The position numbers and the translations under genes are program-made. The notes beneath the pieces are model-generated. The model was not told where the DNA came from. It saw only the letters and a list, made by a program, of their open reading frames with translations, and searched no databases. This document shows positions 7,377 through 14,080 of a stretch of 64,000 nucleotides of DNA, piece after piece. The DNA lies in the IMG/VR virus record IMGVR_UViG_3300042402_003952. The stretch is one strand, 5' to 3'. The first letter of the stretch is position 1. Each line of letters opens with the position of its first letter. Source of the stretch: a virus. Lineage: Duplodnaviria > Caudoviricetes.

Positions 7377-7918
7377 TACCCCCAGGACACTCCAAAAATC
7401 GGCACACCACTATAAAATTATAAACACTCCCAGACACGTCTATATGCCCCTGCAAGGCACTTATAAACTCATTTAGGGGTCAGAGTACCGAAGTGCTGGT
7501 TTTTGTGATTAAATCAGCATAGGATAGAACTACAAAAACCAGCAAGAACTTGTATAAATAAACATAACAATTCAATTCATAGTGCGAATTTGAACTTTCC
7601 TACGGGGTCAAAAGTCAAATTCTACAGAAGCGAAAAGTTAATAAAACATTTGATAATTTATAGAATCAAAGTTCTCATAGGGTCTTTATAAAAACCCTCT
7701 CTCCAAAGTCAATGAAATAAAACCATTGATGGAGAAAACAAATACTGAAAGAGATTATCAAAACTGAATACTCACCGAAACCCAATAAAAGCACATAATT
7801 CCTGCTTTAGATTCTTATGCGAATTTCTAAAGATGTCAGGAAGGTTTTATACTATCAAAAATTATTTAATTATCAAGGTTTTATCAGAACTCTTTTATTC
7901 TATCACATAATCTTCTAG

Positions 7919-7947
7919 TTGACAAGTACTCATAATGTCGCTAGAGT
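7919..7947 (+). promoter_or_regulatory. sigma70 promoter (TTGACA-17-TAGAGT)
   Basis: -35 at 7919-7924, -10 at 7942-7947. Confidence 0.7.
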
Positions 7948-8044
7948 ATGTTTGTTGCTGTTAAAGAGAAATAATAACATCAAGAACTTAAAGACCCGTC
8001 CGAAGGACAACACGACCGAAGGGAGTGTTTCTATAAGGCACTGG

Positions 8045-8073
8045 TTGACAATTATAATAAGACCTGATAGAAT
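8045..8073 (+). promoter_or_regulatory. sigma70 promoter (TTGACA-17-TAGAAT) just upstream of the 72-bp array
   Basis: -35 at 8045-8050, -10 at 8068-8073. Confidence 0.85.
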
Positions 8074-8090
8074 ATAACAATCAGAACAAA

Positions 8091-8345
8091 CAAAAGTCAT
8101 TCGTGATTAGATAAGATTCGTATCATTATAAAAGACACAAGCACTAATGATAAGAATGAATCACAAAGTCATTCGTGATTAGATAAGATTCGTATAGAAA
8201 AATCATAATACTTAAGACTGGCAATAAAGAACTCATAAGTTCATTCGTGATTAGATAAGATTCGTATAGAAAATTGATAATACAACACAACTGTGAGATT
8301 ATAATCACAAAGTCATTCGTGATTAGATAAGATTCGTATAGAGAT
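8091..8345 (+). repeat. array of four invariant 27-bp cores (TCATTCGTGATTAGATAAGATTCGTAT) at exact 72-bp period with variable interspersed sequence
   Basis: Cores start at 8097, 8169, 8241, 8313; the three 45-bp intervening segments differ. Confidence 0.95.
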
Positions 8346-8423
8346 TCGATCTTATCAGAATCTCAAAGAAATCATAAGAAGAAAATATTCGTTTATATCT
8401 CAAGTTCGTTGTGGGGCAAATAC

Positions 8424-8452
8424 TTGACGGGCACTGAAAGGTCTGGTAGAAT
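8424..8452 (+). promoter_or_regulatory. sigma70 promoter (TTGACG-17-TAGAAT)
   Basis: -35 at 8424-8429, extended -10 TGGTAGAAT; shares ACGGGCACTG and CTGGTAGA with cassettes B/C. Confidence 0.75.
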
Positions 8453-8492
8453 TAACCAGTAGAGTTTATTCGTTCTTTCGGTTCTTTAACTT

Positions 8493-8660
8493 ATGGCAAC
8501 TTCTTACCTTAAAGCACAAAGGAATAAGTATCGTATCACTCTGGAATTAAACGTGAATGAAGATTTTAATCCTCATCAGATTAACTGGAAGAAACTATTC
8601 GGGTTAGACAGTAAAGAATCAGTGAAGAGTTATGTAGAAGATCTCTCCGTGCCCTGGTAA
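8493..8660 (+). CDS. small conserved-type cyanomyovirus protein (55 aa, MATSYLKAQRNKYRITLEL...DFNPHQINW), not in ORF track
   Basis: Hand-translated; directly downstream of the 8424 promoter. Confidence 0.75.
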   Translation: MATSYLKAQRNKYRITLELNVNEDFNPHQINWKKLFGLDSKESVKSYVEDLSVPW

Positions 8661-9131
8661 TTAAGAATACAATCCAACATTCCTCTGTTGTATTATACTT
8701 TCGTGGAGTAAGAAACATCGCCTGATAGATGTTTCGTTTATTATTATTACTTTGTCTGATTGTTTTTATCTTTAATGGCAACTTAATTCTTTATACTTAT
8801 TATTATTCGTCGTTAATTGGCGGCAGTTAGTATAAAGAATAGTCAGTTCTTATTAAATAAGTAGAGTTTTTTCGTGCTTAAGTAATAAGAACTTCGTTGT
8901 TTTATTCTAATAACACAGTGATTTGGTGGCAGTTAGTATAAACAACACGAATAACTAATACTTATTCGTTGTCAGTTGTTTATTCGTTATAGCAGTTATT
9001 TTATTTTATTTGTTATTGTTTATATCGGGCGTTGCCCCCGTATATAAAAACGCCCCACTACCCTAACCTACACTGTATGTCTTTTTCGACCTATCTATCA
9101 CTCTCATAAAAAAAAAATTCCATAAAAAAAA

Positions 9132-9269
9132 ATGTCTCCAAAAAGAAAAGTAAATTGCCACGGATGGGGAATCTTCGGAGGTAAGCACAAGAAAAAGAAA
9201 AGTTGCGCAACAGGTATCTTCAGAACTCCTGCTCAAAAAAGAGCATCCTCAAAAAGAAAGAAGAGATGA
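9132..9269 (+). CDS. very basic small protein (45 aa, MSPKRKVNCHGWG...SKRKKR), not in ORF track
   Basis: Hand-translated; 16 K/R, no D/E; ATGA overlap with next ORF. Confidence 0.6.
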   Translation: MSPKRKVNCHGWGIFGGKHKKKKSCATGIFRTPAQKRASSKRKKR

Positions 9270-9409
9270 AAAAATCAGCACCATATTGGAATTTTTGGAG
9301 AGTGATACTTGCAGGATGGATGATCAGATACCCAAAGCAAATGAGTAGAATTTCATTAACATCTCTGGGCATTTTGATTAGTCTGATATATAATGCAATG
9401 GTAAAATAA
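9266..9409 (+). CDS. small putative membrane protein (47 aa, PYWNFWRVILAGWMIRYP)
   Basis: In-frame ATG at 9266 within the 9203-9409 ORF; hydrophobic C-terminus. Confidence 0.7.
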   Translation: MKKSAPYWNFWRVILAGWMIRYPKQMSRISLTSLGILISLIYNAMVK

Positions 9410-9443
9410 CTTTATCATAAAAAAAATTTCGTAAAAATTTTTT

Positions 9444-9641
9444 ATGCAAACGGAAAAAATATATCACATCTACGCAAAAGATAAGTGTTTATTTCATTCT
9501 ATTAAAGAGGATGAATTCGAAACAACTTGGAATACCATTAACAATATGGTAGGAATTATGAAAACTGACTATATTATAGAAGACTTATCCTATGAGGAAT
9601 TGATTTTTCAGAAAGAAATGAGTTTAAACTCTTCGCATTGA
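9444..9641 (+). CDS. hypothetical protein (65 aa)
   Basis: ORF track. Confidence 0.75.
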   Translation: MQTEKIYHIYAKDKCLFHSIKEDEFETTWNTINNMVGIMKTDYIIEDLSYEELIFQKEMSLNSSH

Positions 9642-9667
9642 CAACTGCATATATAGACTGTTAAAAT
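9638..9667 (+). promoter_or_regulatory. sigma70 promoter (TTGACA-18-TAAAAT, extended -10)
   Basis: -35 at 9638-9643, TG at 9659-9660, -10 at 9662-9667, upstream of the glycosyltransferase-like gene. Confidence 0.65.
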
Positions 9668-9690
9668 TGATCTGAAGGTTTTATTTTTTT

Positions 9691-10458
9691 ATGGCAAAAG
9701 GATTTACTGTAAAAGCAACAGCACCAACATCCAAAAAAGAAGACTGGGATATTGATGCGATTAAAGAAAGGATGCGAGGAAAGTCAATTGTATTTTGTCT
9801 TCCTGGTCGTGGGTGTTCCTTTATTTTTCTGAAGAACTTTGTGCAACTGTGCTTTGATATGGTACAGAATGGAATGAGTATTCAAATCTCTCAAGATTAT
9901 TCATCAATGGTTAATTTTGCACGTTGCAAATGTTTGGGTGCAAATGTACTTCGTGGACCAAAGCAAATTCCTTGGGATGGAAAACTGCAATATGATTATC
10001 AACTTTGGATTGACTCGGATATTGTCTTTGACACAAACAAATTCTGGCAACTTTGTGATCTTTCTCTGAGTGAAGATGGTACTGAGCGGGAAATCACTGC
10101 TGGTTGGTATGCTACAGAGGATGGGCACACAACTTCTGTCGCACACTGGTTGGAGGAAGATGATTTCCGCAAGAATGGTGGAGTGATGAATCATGAAACC
10201 GTTGAGTCTATTCAAAAACGTCGGAAACCTTTCACTGTTGATTACACTGGTTTTGGTTGGGTACTCATCAAGAATGGTGTTTTTGAAAACCTCGAATATC
10301 CTTGGTTTGCACCTAAAATGCAAGTCTTTGAGTCTGGTCAAGTTCAAGATATGTGCGGTGAAGATGTTTCATTCTGTCTTGATGCAAAAGAGGCAGGATT
10401 TGAAATCTGGTGCGATCCTCGTATCAGAGTGGGGCATGAGAAAACTCGTATTATCTGA
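9691..10458 (+). CDS. GT-A fold glycosyltransferase-like protein (255 aa)
   Basis: LWIDSDIVF (DxD motif), YTGFGWVLIK, GEDVSFC, CDPRIRVGH. Confidence 0.75.
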   Translation: MAKGFTVKATAPTSKKEDWDIDAIKERMRGKSIVFCLPGRGCSFIFLKNFVQLCFDMVQNGMSIQISQDYSSMVNFARCKCLGANVLRGPKQIPWDGKLQYDYQLWIDSDIVFDTNKFWQLCDLSLSEDGTEREITAGWYATEDGHTTSVAHWLEEDDFRKNGGVMNHETVESIQKRRKPFTVDYTGFGWVLIKNGVFENLEYPWFAPKMQVFESGQVQDMCGEDVSFCLDAKEAGFEIWCDPRIRVGHEKTRII

Positions 10459-10622
10459 TGACAAAAAAACTCTACAATCTTTTATATAAAGGTCGTAAAA
10501 TTTATACAAATCTCACTATAGATGACTGTAGTGAGATTCTTGAAGACTTCTCAGAGCGTTTCTACTCGGGAGAAGACATTGATCCAACTTTAATTGAAAT
10601 GGAGGAAATTACAAATGGCTAA
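10458..10622 (+). CDS. hypothetical protein (54 aa, MTKKLYNLLYKGRKIY...), not in ORF track
   Basis: Hand-translated; TGATG overlap with upstream gene. Confidence 0.7.
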   Translation: MTKKLYNLLYKGRKIYTNLTIDDCSEILEDFSERFYSGEDIDPTLIEMEEITNG

Positions 10623-10758
10623 AGGTGGAAGTAATAAAGTACTGTTTCAACCAGGAGCACCGAAGAAGACACGTCAAGGACGTTCTCCACGTACATTGTT
10701 GAGTGCAACCTCTCGTAATGGACGTAAAAAGAAATATCGCGGACAAGGTAAAGGTTAA
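10615..10758 (+). CDS. very basic small protein (47 aa, ...RNGRKKKYRGQGKG), not in ORF track
   Basis: Hand-translated; GGAGG SD upstream; 14 K/R, no D/E. Confidence 0.75.
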   Translation: MAKGGSNKVLFQPGAPKKTRQGRSPRTLLSATSRNGRKKKYRGQGKG

Positions 10759-10768
10759 TATTATAGAT

Positions 10769-10795
10769 AAGCAGGAAGTAATTCCTGCTTTTTTT
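10769..10795 (+). terminator. intrinsic terminator
   Basis: AAGCAGGAA-GTAA-TTCCTGCTT stem-loop followed by a T-run. Confidence 0.8.
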
Positions 10796-10805
10796 GTTAG
10801 GTGTT

Positions 10806-11501
10806 ATGGCATATTTAAATCACAATCTTCCAACAATTACTTGTTATATTCGCAATGAATTTCTCTACAATCATAAAAAAGGTCACGGAGAGGTAACTTT
10901 ATGCGATGTACACTCTGTAGCGTCCTTAGAGAAGCATGTACCTCTCTTTGAAGCATTTTTAGAGAATGGTGTTAACTGGACTCGTAGACCTATTCATGCA
11001 TTTTGTTGGAAATCTGATGCACCAGTTCCTCAATTAGAAGAATGCATGTGGTGGGATTGCTTTTCTCCTTATATTGATGTTCAAGTTCGTTCAAGGTTGG
11101 CTAACTTACGTGCTGAACTTATCAATTATCGAGGAGAAAAAAATGAAGGGACATATCTTTTTACGCTCGATTGGTCATGGGAGTCAAAATCTACTCTGAA
11201 TACTAACTTTAGTGAGACTCCAGAGCACAAATGTGCCCATCTTTTCAAAATGGACAATGGAAATTTCTATGCATATCCAAATAATAAGATATTATGGTAT
11301 GATGATGCATGGACTAAGAACAGAATTACCAAAAATCCAGGTTATGAAATTGATTTGACCGAATATTCTGTTGAAAATCGTCGCAAAATTGAGACCTCCG
11401 ACGATTTTATGTACGAAATCACAAATATTCGGGATAGCAACCCCGTAAAAAGTTCTGATTTAACAAATCAGGAGAAAAAAAATGACCAAACAAGTGGATA
11501 A
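10806..11501 (+). CDS. conserved hypothetical protein (231 aa, MAYLNHNLP...)
   Basis: In-frame ATG at 10806 within the 10794-11501 ORF. Confidence 0.8.
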   Translation: MAYLNHNLPTITCYIRNEFLYNHKKGHGEVTLCDVHSVASLEKHVPLFEAFLENGVNWTRRPIHAFCWKSDAPVPQLEECMWWDCFSPYIDVQVRSRLANLRAELINYRGEKNEGTYLFTLDWSWESKSTLNTNFSETPEHKCAHLFKMDNGNFYAYPNNKILWYDDAWTKNRITKNPGYEIDLTEYSVENRRKIETSDDFMYEITNIRDSNPVKSSDLTNQEKKNDQTSG

Positions 11502-11736
11502 AGACCAGAATTTTATGAAAAATGAGTGGGGAACTCAGTACTTATCTTCAGAATATGGTTGGGAAGAGAAAGTTGAGAAGCAAAAAATGCTTCGAGAGAT
11601 TGCAAGTGATGATTTAACTCCCAAAAAGCACGATTTCTTCTATCAAAATGAAATTCATTCACAAATTCGCAATGATAATGACTATGATGACTGGGAATAT
11701 GGCACTGAACCACTTTATGAATCAAAAAATCTCTAA
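11482..11736 (+). CDS. hypothetical protein (84 aa)
   Basis: ORF track; GGAG SD upstream. Confidence 0.75.
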   Translation: MTKQVDKDQNFMKNEWGTQYLSSEYGWEEKVEKQKMLREIASDDLTPKKHDFFYQNEIHSQIRNDNDYDDWEYGTEPLYESKNL

Positions 11737-11763
11737 TAAATAAGACAGAATTACTTATTTTTC

Positions 11764-12165
11764 ATGCCCGCTGAAAGGATAAGCAAGTCATTTAAAGATA
11801 TTAGTTTATCCTTTCAGGTTAATCCTCTGAATTATGATCTGATTGCGATTAAAAATGAGACGGCTATTGCCAGATCACTTCGCAATCTTGTTTTAACTCA
11901 ACCGGGTGAAAGATTTTTTAACCAAAATCTTGGTTCTAGGATTAATCAGTCTCTTTTTGAAATGCTTGATGAAATAAGTGCCTCTGTTATAAGAGACGAA
12001 ATCAAAAATACAATTGAAAATTATGAACCAAGAGTGAGTTTAATTGACGTTGAAGTAACTCCAAATGATGAAAATTATGAATTCAATGTAACTATTAAAT
12101 ATTACATCGTTGGTGCTGATGTATTACCTCAACAATTATCATTTGCATTACAACCAACACGATAA
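11764..12165 (+). CDS. gp25: baseplate wedge subunit gp25
   Basis: SLRNLVLTQPGERFF...GSRI...LFE and IENYEPRV motifs; precedes gp6; TAAATA late promoter upstream. Confidence 0.92.
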   Translation: MPAERISKSFKDISLSFQVNPLNYDLIAIKNETAIARSLRNLVLTQPGERFFNQNLGSRINQSLFEMLDEISASVIRDEIKNTIENYEPRVSLIDVEVTPNDENYEFNVTIKYYIVGADVLPQQLSFALQPTR

Positions 12166-14079
12166 ATGGCACTAGTCAACTTCACCAATCTAGATTTCGA
12201 TCAAATTAAGACTTCTCTTAGAGATTATCTAAGATCGAATTCAAATTTTACAGACTATGATTTCGAAGGATCCAATCTTTCAGTCATACTAGATGTTCTT
12301 GCATATAATACATATATTTCCTCATATAACGCTAATATGATTAGCAATGAGGTGTTTATTGATAGCGCGACTCTAAGAGAAAATGTAGTATCTCTTGCAA
12401 GAAGCATTGGATATGTTCCGAGATCCAGAACTGCATCAAAAGCCAATGTTTCTTTCTTTGTAGATACATCTACCACTACTTCCCCACAAAAACCTCTTAC
12501 ACTTACTCTTAAAAAAGGAATTGTTGCGACTTCAACCGGAACATTTAGTGGAATAAGTTACGTTTATTCAATTCCAGATGATATTACCGTTCCAGTCAAC
12601 AATGGTATTGCCGAATTTAATAATATAGACATTTATGAAGGAACATATATTACTGAGACATATACTGTAGATTCATTAACGCCTAATCAAAGATACATTT
12701 TAAATAATGAAAATGTTGATAGTTCTTTAATTAGAGTAGATGTAAGAGATGGTCAACTTGGACCAAGAAAGAAATACATTCAATCTAATAATATTTTATC
12801 AGTAAATTCTGATTCAAAAATATTCTTTATTCAAGAGATTGAAGATCAAAGATATGAGTTATTATTTGGCGATGGAATACTCGGAAGAAAACTTGTTAGT
12901 GGTGAAATAGTAGATATTTCTTACATTATAACAGGTGGAGAAACTGCAAATGGAGTATCTTCATTTACTTTCAATGGAACAATTGTTGATAATTCTTCAT
13001 TTAATATAATTAGCGGGATTTCTTTAATTACTACAAATATTGTTTCTGGTGGAGGTAGAGAAATTGAATCCGTTGATTCAATCAAAAAATATGCAACTAA
13101 AATCTATGCAGCACAAAATCGTGCCGTAACTGCAAGTGATTTTGAGGCGATTATACCTCAGATATATCCAGAGACGGAATCGGTTTCTGCTTTTGGTGGG
13201 GAAGATTTGAGTCCTCCACAATACGGAAAGGTTTTTATTACAATTAAACCAGAAAATGGATTTTTTGTTCCTAATAGTATAAAGGATTCTATCAAAGAAA
13301 AATTAAAGCAATATTCGGTTGCTGGAATTATTCCAGAAATAATGGATCTTAAGTACCTTATACTAGAGATAAACTCTACAATTTACTATAATAATAATCT
13401 AGCACCTTCATCAGAATATATTACAAGTACAGTTTCTAATAATATCAAAAAGTATGCAAATTCATCGGAGTTGAATAAGTATGGAGCAAGGTTTAAGTAT
13501 AGTAAATTCCTAAAGATTATTGATGATGGTCATGAATCAATCACGTCCAATATTACAACTGTTCAAATGAGACGCGATTTAAAACCAGAGTTAAATAGAT
13601 TAGCGACATATGAAATATGTTTTGGAAATGAATTTCACATAAAAGATCTCAGAGGATTTAATATTAAATCTTCTGGTTTTAAGATTCCTGGTGTACAAGA
13701 TACAGTTTACTTAAGTGATATTCCAAATGAAGGTAAACTTACTGGCACTATTTTTATTTTCAAATTAGATTCAATTCAGGGGTCCAAAACAATTAAAGCA
13801 AATGCAGGAACAATAGATTATGTAAAGGGCGAAATAAACTTAAGTGCAATCACAATTGAATCTACGAGTAAAGATAGTGGCGGAGAACCAATTATTGAAA
13901 TCTCTGCAATACCAGAATCAAATGATGTAATCGGACTACAAGATCTTTATTTGAATTTAAGCATTGATAATGTAACGTTAAATACTTTATCAGACAAAAT
14001 ATCTTCTGGAGAAGATCCTTCAGGGTCTACCTACACAAAAACAGCAAGCTATAGCAACGGAACAATCGTAAGAGAATAA
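12166..14079 (+). CDS. gp6: baseplate wedge subunit gp6
   Basis: LDFDQIK...DYDFEGS...LDVLAYNT, DSATLRENVVSLA, QNRAVTASDF. Confidence 0.93.
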   Translation: MALVNFTNLDFDQIKTSLRDYLRSNSNFTDYDFEGSNLSVILDVLAYNTYISSYNANMISNEVFIDSATLRENVVSLARSIGYVPRSRTASKANVSFFVDTSTTTSPQKPLTLTLKKGIVATSTGTFSGISYVYSIPDDITVPVNNGIAEFNNIDIYEGTYITETYTVDSLTPNQRYILNNENVDSSLIRVDVRDGQLGPRKKYIQSNNILSVNSDSKIFFIQEIEDQRYELLFGDGILGRKLVSGEIVDISYIITGGETANGVSSFTFNGTIVDNSSFNIISGISLITTNIVSGGGREIESVDSIKKYATKIYAAQNRAVTASDFEAIIPQIYPETESVSAFGGEDLSPPQYGKVFITIKPENGFFVPNSIKDSIKEKLKQYSVAGIIPEIMDLKYLILEINSTIYYNNNLAPSSEYITSTVSNNIKKYANSSELNKYGARFKYSKFLKIIDDGHESITSNITTVQMRRDLKPELNRLATYEICFGNEFHIKDLRGFNIKSSGFKIPGVQDTVYLSDIPNEGKLTGTIFIFKLDSIQGSKTIKANAGTIDYVKGEINLSAITIESTSKDSGGEPIIEISAIPESNDVIGLQDLYLNLSIDNVTLNTLSDKISSGEDPSGSTYTKTASYSNGTIVRE

Positions 14080-14080
14080 G

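Noticed and set aside
7270-7455. 61-aa minus-strand ORF and the 8581-8781 minus-strand ORF in the non-coding region
   Set aside because: The first spans a promoter and repeat tract; the second is antisense to the conserved-type 8493 ORF; neither has coding features
8091-8345. Definitive CRISPR array or TIGR-Tas guide array call
   Set aside because: No cas or Nop-domain gene in the window, repeat ends lack typical CRISPR termini, no clear box C/D motifs or 36-nt sub-period, and spacers share fragments; kept as a repeat with open hypotheses
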